A stretch of 64,000 nt of DNA from contig OY761541.1 in the NCBI GenBank assembly GCA_963664625.1, positions 2,736,174 through 2,800,173 on the forward strand. The letters run 5' to 3'. Source of the DNA: Dehalococcoidia bacterium (GTDB taxonomy: Bacteria > Chloroflexota > Dehalococcoidia > Lucifugimonadales > UBA3495). The notes below the pieces were generated by a model. It was not told the origin of the DNA and made no database searches. It was given only the letters and a program-made list of their open reading frames with translations. The translations under genes were made by a program, and so were the position numbers. Of this stretch, positions 34,450 through 43,458 are shown piece by piece. The stretch's first letter is position 1. Every line of letters begins with the position of its first letter.

Positions 34450-35105
34450 CACCCAGCAGCATAGCGTTTGAAGGCAAATCACCGGCCCAGCGCGTGGCAG
34501 TGTACGTTGACGGCCTTAACCTGTACTATGGCCTGAAATCCCGGCGCTGGCGTCGCTACTACTGGCTGGACCTGAGGCGGTTGGCGGAGCGCCTGTTGAG
34601 ACCGGGCCAGCAACTGGCAATAGTCAGGTACTTCACTGCCCGGTTTGAGCCGCAAGCCGACGACCCCGACCAACATGTCCGGCAGGATACATACTTGCGT
34701 GCATTGGAAACCCTGCCCGACCTGACCATCCAGTACGGCCAGCATTTGCCAAAGAATGTAACCTGCCAGTGTTGTGGAACGACCTGGAAAACTTTTGAAG
34801 AGAAAATGACCGACGTCAATATCGCCGTGGCCCTTCTCCGCGACGCGACGCAGGACGTTTTTGACACGGCCATCGTCATTTCTGCAGACAGCGACCTGAC
34901 CGGCCCGTTAGACGCCGTGCTACAAGGCTATATTGGAAAACGGGTAGTGTTCGCTTTCCCACCGAACCGCAACTCCGAACGCTTGCGCCGCCACGCCACC
35001 GCCGCCTTTACTCTGGGCCGCAAGCTCATCAGTGACAACCAGTTTCCCCCGCAGGTAGTCAATCCCGACGGCTACGTCATCAACAAGCCTTCGTACTGGA
35101 ATTGA
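34443..35105 (+). CDS. NYN domain (PIN-like/LabA-DUF88) ribonuclease
   Basis: YVDGLNLY, EEKMTDVNIA, ISADSDL; small CQCC zinc-ribbon-like insert. Confidence 0.92.
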   Translation: MSTPSSIAFEGKSPAQRVAVYVDGLNLYYGLKSRRWRRYYWLDLRRLAERLLRPGQQLAIVRYFTARFEPQADDPDQHVRQDTYLRALETLPDLTIQYGQHLPKNVTCQCCGTTWKTFEEKMTDVNIAVALLRDATQDVFDTAIVISADSDLTGPLDAVLQGYIGKRVVFAFPPNRNSERLRRHATAAFTLGRKLISDNQFPPQVVNPDGYVINKPSYWN

Positions 35106-35117
35106 GGTGCCAACGCC

Positions 35118-37940
35118 ATGACCACCCAACCCATCTACCGCAGGAAACTCATCGAGGTTGACCTGCCCCTGGACGAGATCAACAAGCAGTCCAAACGTGA
35201 GAGGGCCATTAGACATGGGCATCCATCAACCTTGCATCAATGGTGGGCAAGACTCTCCCTAGCTGCCTGCCGCGCTGTCATTTTCGCTAGTATGGTGGAC
35301 GACCCGTCGTCCTGCGAGGAAGAGTTTCCTACGGCGGAATCCCAAGATACCGAGCGTAACCGGCTCCACAACATCATTAGACATCTGGTAAATTGGGAAA
35401 CCACCGACGAAACTAACCCACAGAACATCGGACTTTTAGCCGAGGCCAGATGGGAAATCGCCCGTTCCGTGGCCCGCTCCAGGGGCGAAGCGCCACCGGA
35501 CAAAGCCAACCCGGATGAAGTGTTGCGTTACCTCGGCGACAAGGCACTGCCCATCTACGATCCCTTCTGCGGCGGCGGTTCCATTCCCTTGGAGGCACAG
35601 CGGCTGGGGTTGCAAGCCGTGGGTAGCGATCTCAACCCGGTGGCGGTGTTGATTACCAAGACCCTGATCGAGTTGCCGCCCAAGTTCGCTAACAAGCCCC
35701 CGGTGAACCCCGACGCTGACCCTATGGGTATGACCGTCGGCAAAGGCAAGAAGGCTCAAAAAGTGGCTTGGCGGGGAGCGGCGGGCTTGGCTGATGACAT
35801 TCGCTACTACGGGCGGAAGATGCGGGAAATGGCTTGGGAGCGCATCGGCCACCTTTACCCCAAAGCCAAGCTGCCAGACGGCGGCGAGGCTACTGTCATT
35901 GCTTGGTTGTGGGCCAGGACCGTCCCTTGCCCCAATCCTGCCTGCCGTGTGGAGATGCCGCTTACGAAGACCTTTCAGCTATCTACCAAGCAGGGCAACC
36001 AGCATTGGACCAGGCCCGTCGTTGACCGGGACACCAAGCTCATTTCCTTTGTAGTGCAGAACCACCGTGGAGATGTTCCGAAAGAAAGTACAGTGGACCG
36101 AAACGGGGCTACCTGCATTGCCTGCAACGGTACTGTCCCTTTGTCTTATGTCCGGGAACAGTCCCGGGCGGGCCACTTGGGTGAGCAAATGACGGCCATC
36201 GTCGCAGAGGGAGACCGAAAGCGACTGTTTTTGTCGCCCACTGATGAGCATATCAAAGCTGCTATGTTGGCAAAGTCAGAATGGCGGCCGGGCGGTAGCT
36301 TTCCGAATCGGACAAGAGATTTTACTCCTTCAGGCTATGGGATTACTTACTGGCATCAACTTTTCAAGGAAAGGCAGTTAGTCGCGTTGACTACCTTGAG
36401 CGAGCTAGTTGCAGAAGTAGGCGACCTTTTTGTGAACGAAGGGGTTGACAAAGGGTATTCCAACGCAATTTGTACTTATCTTGCCTTGGCAGTCGACAGA
36501 AAATCGAACGCTGGTTCTAAATTTTCCACATGGCAAAACGCTGGAGACTTTGTCTCCAGCGTTTTCAAACTTCAGGCTCTGCCAATGGTATGGGATTTTG
36601 CTGAAATAAACCCCTTTTCTGGTTCAACTAATAACTGGATGGCGCAAATCGAATGGATTGCTCGAATCACCGAACGTCTGCCAGCCAAAGTAAATAGTGG
36701 GATAGTTCATCAGGCAGACGCTTCAACTACAGTGCATGCCAATGAGGGCCCAGTAATCGTTACTGACCCACCCTACTATGACAATGTGGCCTACGCCGAC
36801 CTCTCCGATTTCTTCTATGTGTGGCTACGCCCGATGCTCCGGGGCATCTACCCTGGATTGTTCGCTGGGATCGCGACTCCCAAGTCTGAAGAGATGATAG
36901 CAGAACCAAGCAGGTTTGAGCATTCAAGGGACAGATTTGAAGCACTGCTGAATCAGACACTACAACTGATAAGGGAGCGATGTGGTACAGAGTTCCCTTC
37001 GTCCATATTCTATGCCTATAAGCAGCAGGAGGAAGAACGGGAGGGACGGACATCCACTGGCTGGGAAACGATGCTATCTGCGGTTGTTTCAGCAGGATTT
37101 CAGATAGTCGGTACTTGGCCGATGCGCACAGCAGGTGGACGGGTTCGTGCTGTGGATTCTAACGCCCTCGCATCCTCTGTTGTCATAGTCTGCCGCCCGC
37201 GACTTGAGGATGCGCCAAATGCGACACGCCGCCAATTCCTGGATGCACTGGAAGCCGAGTTACCCCAGGCCCTCGACCAACTTACCCAAGAGAGCCACAT
37301 TGCCCCGGTGGACTTGGCCCAGGCCGCCATTGGGCCGGGGATGCAGGTCTATTCCCGTTATAGCCGGGTTGAGACCATCGGAGGCGAACTGGTGCCGGTG
37401 CGGGAGGCACTGGTTAACATCAACCGGGTTATCGCCGAGTATGACGAGCTGCAGCAGGGCGACCTGGATGCGCCGACCCGCTTCTGCCTCGATTGGTTCA
37501 AGCAAAACGACTACAACGAGGGAAGGTTTGGCGAGGCGGAGGACCTGGCCCGGGCCAAGAACGTGTCGGTGGAGGAACTGCGGGACGGCAGCGGCCTGCT
37601 GACCGCCGGCGCCGGGGTGGTGAAATTGCTGCCCTTGGACCAATACGGCCCAGAGCGGAGTCTCCGGTTGGGCGATATGACGGCATGGGAAGGGTGCTTC
37701 CGCATGACCTACCATCTGGACACCAACCGGGAGGACGGGGGAGGCGTCGAGGGTGCGGCGACGGTTGCGCGGGCGATGGGCAGCAACGCCGAGAGCGTGG
37801 AGCGGCTGGCCCGGATCCTGTACAACCATTATGACCGGAAAGGAGACTCCCGCAACTCGGTGATGTTCAACAACCTGGTGACCGAGTGGCCGAACATCCA
37901 AGCCAGGGCGCAAGGGCCGGAGGAGCCCACGCTGCTGTAA
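35118..37940 (+). CDS. DUF1156 family DNA adenine methyltransferase
   Basis: KLIEVDLPL, LHQWWAR, DPFCGGGSIP, TDPPYYDN. Confidence 0.93.
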   Translation: MTTQPIYRRKLIEVDLPLDEINKQSKRERAIRHGHPSTLHQWWARLSLAACRAVIFASMVDDPSSCEEEFPTAESQDTERNRLHNIIRHLVNWETTDETNPQNIGLLAEARWEIARSVARSRGEAPPDKANPDEVLRYLGDKALPIYDPFCGGGSIPLEAQRLGLQAVGSDLNPVAVLITKTLIELPPKFANKPPVNPDADPMGMTVGKGKKAQKVAWRGAAGLADDIRYYGRKMREMAWERIGHLYPKAKLPDGGEATVIAWLWARTVPCPNPACRVEMPLTKTFQLSTKQGNQHWTRPVVDRDTKLISFVVQNHRGDVPKESTVDRNGATCIACNGTVPLSYVREQSRAGHLGEQMTAIVAEGDRKRLFLSPTDEHIKAAMLAKSEWRPGGSFPNRTRDFTPSGYGITYWHQLFKERQLVALTTLSELVAEVGDLFVNEGVDKGYSNAICTYLALAVDRKSNAGSKFSTWQNAGDFVSSVFKLQALPMVWDFAEINPFSGSTNNWMAQIEWIARITERLPAKVNSGIVHQADASTTVHANEGPVIVTDPPYYDNVAYADLSDFFYVWLRPMLRGIYPGLFAGIATPKSEEMIAEPSRFEHSRDRFEALLNQTLQLIRERCGTEFPSSIFYAYKQQEEEREGRTSTGWETMLSAVVSAGFQIVGTWPMRTAGGRVRAVDSNALASSVVIVCRPRLEDAPNATRRQFLDALEAELPQALDQLTQESHIAPVDLAQAAIGPGMQVYSRYSRVETIGGELVPVREALVNINRVIAEYDELQQGDLDAPTRFCLDWFKQNDYNEGRFGEAEDLARAKNVSVEELRDGSGLLTAGAGVVKLLPLDQYGPERSLRLGDMTAWEGCFRMTYHLDTNREDGGGVEGAATVARAMGSNAESVERLARILYNHYDRKGDSRNSVMFNNLVTEWPNIQARAQGPEEPTLL

Positions 37941-38317
37941 TGAGCAGGCCGGGCGGCGAGACCACTCCCTTCGGGTTGAAGTACCGACTGGAGCGGGAGC
38001 TTCGCCCTTTCAACGCGGACGAGGTGCGTAAGCTGCCCCGGGGACGCACGGGAGTGTACGCGCTGTGGCTGCCGTCGGAAATCGGCGGCGGGTATGACGC
38101 CCTGTACGTGGGCATGTCGGATGCCTCCGTGCGTCAGCGGCTGCTACAGCACCTACAGAACGAGACCAACCCGGAATTGCTGCGTCAGCTACGGCTGTTC
38201 CGCGACATAGTGATGTTTTCGGCGGCCTTCACCAGCGGCAGGGAGGAGACCCTGGCGTTGGAGACCGCCGTTATCCGGGACTGGCAGCCCATGACCAACC
38301 GGAACAAGCTGGGGTAG
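37940..38317 (+). CDS. GIY-YIG-like nuclease
   Basis: GVYALW...LYVGMS...RQRLLQH...LE...N; start overlaps methylase stop (TAATG). Confidence 0.75.
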   Translation: MSRPGGETTPFGLKYRLERELRPFNADEVRKLPRGRTGVYALWLPSEIGGGYDALYVGMSDASVRQRLLQHLQNETNPELLRQLRLFRDIVMFSAAFTSGREETLALETAVIRDWQPMTNRNKLG

Positions 38318-38319
38318 GG

Positions 38320-38444
38320 TGTCTGAACTGTGATTCGTTTGATTTGGGTGATTTATATGATTCGGTTGTCTCTTGGCTGCGGTGGTTGGAGTGGGCATGG
38401 TAATCAGGGCAATCACAGGAATCCCATAAATCACAGTTCAGACA
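38320..38444. repeat. 125-bp palindromic MITE-like element, right copy (same orientation)
   Basis: Perfect 16-bp TIR tgtctgaactgtgatt / aatcacagttcagaca. Confidence 0.85.
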
Positions 38445-38514
38445 AATGGCACGCAGCACCTCTTTTCCTTGCCAATAGCCCAAGGGCTGGTCTATCATCC
38501 AACCGTCTTGTGGC

Positions 38515-39978
38515 GTGACCGAAACGACTGAAGCGCAGCGGGGTATCCATTTGGTAACTCATCGGTTTGTTGAAGAGGCCCGGCGGATTGTGGGGGAGGA
38601 GTACGTCATCCACCACCCGGACGATTTGCTGGTCTACGAGTACGACGGGTCGGTGGACCGGAACGTTCCGCAAGCGGTGGTGCTTCCCAACTCCACCGAG
38701 GAAGTGAGCCGGGTTATGGCGCTGGCCTACCGGGAAGGGATTCCCGTCGTGGGGCGGGGGTCGGGCACCGGGCTGAGCGGTGGGGCCATCGCGCCGGAGG
38801 GCGGTATCCAGATTGCCTTTCCGCGGATGCACCACATCCTTGAGGTGGACACGGAGAACTGCTCCGCCACGGTGCAGCCGGGAGTAATCAACCTGGACCT
38901 GGACACCTACGTGCGTCGTTTCGGGTTCCGTTACGCTCCCGACCCTTCGAGCCAGCGGGCGTGCAGCTTGGGGGGGAACATAGCCGAGAACGCGGGCGGG
39001 CCTCATTGCTTGGCCTACGGCTGCACCACCAACCACGTATTGGGGATGGAGGTGGTGCTGGAGGACGGCACGATAGTGAACCTTGGGAGCACGGCCCGGC
39101 AGACGCCGGGGTACGACCTGCGGGGAGTGTTCACCGGGTCGGAGGGGACCTTCGGCATCGCCACCAAGATAATGGTGCGGCTGCTGCCAGTGCCGGAAGC
39201 GGTCAAGACGTTCCTGGGAGTCTACCCGGACGTGGACTCGGCGGCCACGGCGGTATCGGCGGTCATCGGGCACGGCATCGTCCCGGCGGCATTGGAGATG
39301 ATAGACGCCCTGAGCATCCGCGCGGTCCAGAACGTGATGGATGCAGGGTATCCCGAGGACGCGGGAGCGGTGCTGCTGGTGGAGCTGGAGGGCCTGCAAG
39401 AAGAGGTGGACGAGATAGGCGCGGAGGTGGAGGCGGCGCTCTGGGAGTCGGGGCCGTCGCTGGTCAGGGTGGCCGAAGAGGAGAACGACCGGGCCAACTT
39501 GTGGATTGGTCGGAAGGGGGTGCTGGGAGCCTTGGGATCTTTGGCCCCGAACTATTACTTGGTGGACGGTGTGGTGCCTCGGACGCAACTGACCCAAGTG
39601 CTGCGGCAGGTTAGCCGGATAAGCGAAGAGTATGGCATACCGATCGCCAACGTGCTTCATGCCGGGGACGGCAACCTGCATCCCTCGCTGTTGTTCGACG
39701 AGCGGCAACCGGGAGCGTTGGAAAGAGTAATCGAAGCAGGCGCGGAGGTAATGAAGGTCTGCATAGAGGCCGGGGGCGCGTTGACCGGCGAGCACGGCGT
39801 GGGCTTGGAGAAGAAGGAGTTGATGCCCCTGTCCTACTCGCAGGACGATATGGACGCTATGCTGCTGGTGCGGCAGGCTTTCGCGCCGGAGAACAGGCTG
39901 AATCCGGGCAAGATATTTCCCGACGGTACCCATTATCAACCACCGGCACGCCGCCCGGAGCCGGGGATGACGGTCTAG
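38515..39978 (+). CDS. glcD: Glycolate oxidase subunit GlcD-like FAD oxidase
   Basis: RGSGTGLSGG, PDPSS, HAGDGNLHP, GEHGVG, LNPGK. Confidence 0.88.
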   Translation: MTETTEAQRGIHLVTHRFVEEARRIVGEEYVIHHPDDLLVYEYDGSVDRNVPQAVVLPNSTEEVSRVMALAYREGIPVVGRGSGTGLSGGAIAPEGGIQIAFPRMHHILEVDTENCSATVQPGVINLDLDTYVRRFGFRYAPDPSSQRACSLGGNIAENAGGPHCLAYGCTTNHVLGMEVVLEDGTIVNLGSTARQTPGYDLRGVFTGSEGTFGIATKIMVRLLPVPEAVKTFLGVYPDVDSAATAVSAVIGHGIVPAALEMIDALSIRAVQNVMDAGYPEDAGAVLLVELEGLQEEVDEIGAEVEAALWESGPSLVRVAEEENDRANLWIGRKGVLGALGSLAPNYYLVDGVVPRTQLTQVLRQVSRISEEYGIPIANVLHAGDGNLHPSLLFDERQPGALERVIEAGAEVMKVCIEAGGALTGEHGVGLEKKELMPLSYSQDDMDAMLLVRQAFAPENRLNPGKIFPDGTHYQPPARRPEPGMTV

Positions 39979-40011
39979 CGGTGGTCAGTGCCAGTGATCA
40001 GTGGCTAGTGG

Positions 40012-41520
40012 TTGGTGATGGTGGATAGGTCCTCTTCAGGTGCATCAGGCCAGCGGTCAGCGGCGACTGACCAGCGGCCACTGGATGCAGCCCACTGGCT
40101 TGGCGACGACCTGCTCGGTGACTATGCCATAGACGGCCAAGCGCCGGACGGCGTGGTCAGGCCGGAAAGCCGGCAGCAGGTGGCGGAAGTGGTGCGATGG
40201 GCGCGGCAGGAAAATGTGGCCCTTTTCCCCAGGGGCGGCGGCGTGCATGTTCCGCTGGGCAGCCCACCCGGCCGGAGGGGGGTTGTGCTGGACCTGAGCC
40301 GATGCAACCGGGTACTGGACTTCCAGCCTTCCGACTTGACGGTAACAGTGGAAGCCGGGATTACGCTGGACGCATTGCAGCAGCATTTGGCGACTGGCGG
40401 GAAATTCCTGCCTCTGGAGTCTCCCATTTCCGGCGCGGCGACGATTGGCGGTAGCCTGGCGGCCAACGTCACCGGCCCTTTGCGGTCGAGCTTCGGCCTG
40501 CCGCGAGAGTGGCTGATAGGGATAGGAGTGGTCAACGTCCAGGGAGTAGAGACCAAGGCCGGGGGCAAGGTGGTGAAGAACGTCACCGGCTACGATCTCG
40601 ACAAGTTGTACACCGGGTCGCTGGGCACGCTGGGGATTATCGTGGAGGCCGCCTTCAAGCTGGCGCCCCTTCCCGCCGAGTCCGGGGCTTTGATGGCAGT
40701 GCTGCCCTCGATGCAAGCCGGGGTCGATTCGGGAAGCGTGCTGGCAAAACAGGTCTACGCGCCCCAAGGGCTGCAAGTCCTGGAGCAAAGGCTGGCGCGC
40801 CGGTTGTCTCGACGGATTGGCGTCAATCCATCCCTGTCTGGCATCCAACTGCCGGAGACGGGTCAAGGGGAATGTGTCGCGTTGGCCTTGTTCAGCGGCC
40901 GTGCTGCGGCCGTAAGGCGCAAGCTACGGGAATCCGCCGCGTTCTTGAGAGATAGGGGAGCTTCCCAACTCACCGAGGTTACGGGGGGGCAGGCCGCCAG
41001 GCTTCATCGCGCAGTCACTGATTTGGGCTGGGAGCAGGATGATTTGCCTCGCTTGACGCTGAGGGTCAACGTGGCGCCGTCGGACACGGGGAAGGCGTTG
41101 GTGTGGTTGTCCGGGTCGAATGAAGCAGACTACGCTCCACAAGCGGAGATGATTCCGGTAGACGTAATCGCGGACCCCGGCTTCGGCATGGTGCGAGTGT
41201 TCGTATGGCCGGACGGCCCGGAGGGAGGAGCAGACGACGCCCAAAGTATGGATTCCCGCCTGCGCGGGAATGACGACCGGAGAGGAGAGCCGCAGATCAG
41301 GGTGGATGACGCGCAACAGGCCTCTTTTGTTTCGAGGGTGCGGGAGTTGGCAAGGGGTATTGGAGGGTCGGCGGTAGTGGAGCGGGCGTCGCCGGAGTTC
41401 AAAGGCATGGTTGACGTATGGGGGGACTCGCCCGAAGGGTCTCACATCATGGAGCGCATCAAGGATAAGTTCGATCCGACGGGCATTTTCAACCCAGGCC
41501 GCTTTACTGGAGGGATATAG
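40012..41520 (+). CDS. glcE: Glycolate oxidase FAD subunit GlcE-like (start uncertain)
   Basis: GGKVVKNVTGYD, GSLGTLG, FDPTGIFNPGR; between glcD and glcF. Confidence 0.82.
   Translation: MVMVDRSSSGASGQRSAATDQRPLDAAHWLGDDLLGDYAIDGQAPDGVVRPESRQQVAEVVRWARQENVALFPRGGGVHVPLGSPPGRRGVVLDLSRCNRVLDFQPSDLTVTVEAGITLDALQQHLATGGKFLPLESPISGAATIGGSLAANVTGPLRSSFGLPREWLIGIGVVNVQGVETKAGGKVVKNVTGYDLDKLYTGSLGTLGIIVEAAFKLAPLPAESGALMAVLPSMQAGVDSGSVLAKQVYAPQGLQVLEQRLARRLSRRIGVNPSLSGIQLPETGQGECVALALFSGRAAAVRRKLRESAAFLRDRGASQLTEVTGGQAARLHRAVTDLGWEQDDLPRLTLRVNVAPSDTGKALVWLSGSNEADYAPQAEMIPVDVIADPGFGMVRVFVWPDGPEGGADDAQSMDSRLRGNDDRRGEPQIRVDDAQQASFVSRVRELARGIGGSAVVERASPEFKGMVDVWGDSPEGSHIMERIKDKFDPTGIFNPGRFTGGI
41250..41274. 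repeat. dRS3-like repeat in frame inside glcE
   Basis: ggattcccgcctgcgcgggaatgac, translated DSRLRGND. Confidence 0.85.
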
Positions 41521-42854
41521 TGGCGGGACCTGCAACGCCACACGGGATGACGCCGTTGACGTCGCAAAGCGGCTTCATCGGGGTTGACGCACCTGCAGAG
41601 GCGGACATGTACCGGTGTGTCCATTGTGGATTGTGCATCAGTGCGTGTCCCACCTATGGGGAGTTGTCGCTGGAGGCTGAGTCGCCCCGGGGGCGTATCG
41701 CCCTGATGAAGGCGGTAAACGAGGGGCGGTTGACCATCAACCCGCGGGTGGTGTCGCACTGGGATATGTGCCTCCAGTGCCGGGCCTGCGAGGCGGTGTG
41801 CCCCTCGGGAGTGCCCTACGGGCGGATTATGGCGAACACCAGGGCGCAGGTGGCGGCGCAGAACCAAAAGCCGGCCAAGCAGCGATGGGTGAGCCGGTTG
41901 TTCCTACGGGGAGCGCTGCCGCACTCTGGACGACTGCGATTGGGGGCGCGGCTGGCGCAGGTCTACCAGAAGACCGGGTTGCAGACGCTGGTGCGTGGGA
42001 GCGGCATTCTCGGCTTGCTGCCCGGCGGGCTGAAAGGGCTGGAAGCCCAACTGCCGACGTTCAACGGCCCCTTTTTCAAGGCTGATGGCCAGAGGTACGC
42101 CGCAACTTCAGAGAGGAAGATGACAGTGGGTCTCCTGTCGGGCTGCGTGATGCCGTTGATGCAGGGGAACACCATGAGGGCGGCGGTGCGGGCGCTGACC
42201 AAGAATGGCTGCGATGTGGTGGTCCCGTCGGGACAGGGTTGCTGCGGGGCGCTCAACGTGCACGCGGGGGACTTGGAGTATGCCAGGGAAATGGCCCGGC
42301 GGAACATCGACGTTTTCCTGGAGACGGGGGTTGACGCCATCGTTACGGCGTCGGCGGGATGCGGCTCGGCCATGAAGGAGTATGACGACCTGTTGAAGGA
42401 CGATGCCAGATACTCCGGACCGGCGCGGCGGCTGGCGGAGATGACCAAGGACATCACCGAATTGCTGGTGTCGCTGCCTTTCGATCCGCCCAAGGCGTCC
42501 CTGAGCCGCAGGGTTACCTACCAGGACCCGTGCCACTTGGCCCACGCGCAGCGGATTACGGCCGCGCCCAGGGTTATTTTGAACGCCATTCCGGGGGTTG
42601 AGTTGGTGGAGATGGAGCAGGCTTCCCGGTGCTGCGGCGGCGCGGGCACCTATTCCATGGTGCAAAGGGAATTGTCGTCCAAAATCCTGTCCACCAAGAT
42701 GGGCAACATCGCCGCCACGCAGGCGGAGCAGGTGGTTACTGCCAACCCGGGTTGCATGATGCAACTGGAACAGGGCCTTCGAGAGGCCGGGAGACCGGGC
42801 AGGGTGCTCCACGTGGTGGACCTTCTGGACGAGGCCTACCGGAACGAGAAATGA
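41520..42854 (+). CDS. glcF: Glycolate oxidase iron-sulfur subunit GlcF
   Basis: CVHCGLCISACP, CLQCRACEAVCP, two CCG domains. Confidence 0.9.
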   Translation: MAGPATPHGMTPLTSQSGFIGVDAPAEADMYRCVHCGLCISACPTYGELSLEAESPRGRIALMKAVNEGRLTINPRVVSHWDMCLQCRACEAVCPSGVPYGRIMANTRAQVAAQNQKPAKQRWVSRLFLRGALPHSGRLRLGARLAQVYQKTGLQTLVRGSGILGLLPGGLKGLEAQLPTFNGPFFKADGQRYAATSERKMTVGLLSGCVMPLMQGNTMRAAVRALTKNGCDVVVPSGQGCCGALNVHAGDLEYAREMARRNIDVFLETGVDAIVTASAGCGSAMKEYDDLLKDDARYSGPARRLAEMTKDITELLVSLPFDPPKASLSRRVTYQDPCHLAHAQRITAAPRVILNAIPGVELVEMEQASRCCGGAGTYSMVQRELSSKILSTKMGNIAATQAEQVVTANPGCMMQLEQGLREAGRPGRVLHVVDLLDEAYRNEK

Positions 42855-42894
42855 TAGTGGGCAGTCTGTCAAGGGCCGGCTAACTGCCTTTCCT

Positions 42895-43446
42895 CTATCT
42901 CTGCTGGCGAAAGAGCTTCCACACAGGGGTAGAGAAGCCGGGGAGCAAGTCTCCCCCGTCCAGTTCGTCGTCCTCGGTTAAAGTCACCGGGTCTACTCCG
43001 GGGCGGTATACCGTGACAGTCACACGGCCCGGGTCAGCCATCCACACTTGACTGGACCCGTAACGGAGCCACATCGCCGCCTTGTCGGCCAATTCCGCAT
43101 AAGTGTTGCTCGGTGACTTGATTTCCACGGCCAAGTCAGGGGCCAGTTCCGGGTAGCCCACAGTGTCCTGCGGCACGCGCCCAGGGGAAATCCAGGACAC
43201 GTCAGGCGCGCGAACCGTGTCGGGGCTACTTTCCAGTCGATAGTGAGGTTCCACGCAAAGACCGTCATAGCCGATAGACTCGCCGTACAGGAAAAGCAGC
43301 CCGCTTATCCTGCCGCCTACAAATCCGTGCATATATCCTGGAGCCACTTTCTCGCTCAACACACCCCGAATCAACTCGTGCCTTCTGCCTTCATCCGGCA
43401 TAAGGAGTAGTTCTTCGGCGGTAACCAGCTTGTGCTTGGTGGTCAT
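42895..43446 (-). CDS. Uma2 (DUF820) family endonuclease
   Basis: ELIRG, RAPDVSW, APDLAVEIKSP, LLPGF. Confidence 0.92.
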   Translation of the reverse strand: MTTKHKLVTAEELLLMPDEGRRHELIRGVLSEKVAPGYMHGFVGGRISGLLFLYGESIGYDGLCVEPHYRLESSPDTVRAPDVSWISPGRVPQDTVGYPELAPDLAVEIKSPSNTYAELADKAAMWLRYGSSQVWMADPGRVTVTVYRPGVDPVTLTEDDELDGGDLLPGFSTPVWKLFRQQR

Positions 43447-43458
43447 CTGGAGGTGTTC

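Noticed and set aside
38431-39939. Long antisense ORFs (this 502-aa one, also 32244-33185, 868-1809 and others)
   Set aside because: Shadow frames of GC-rich real genes with no recognisable motifs
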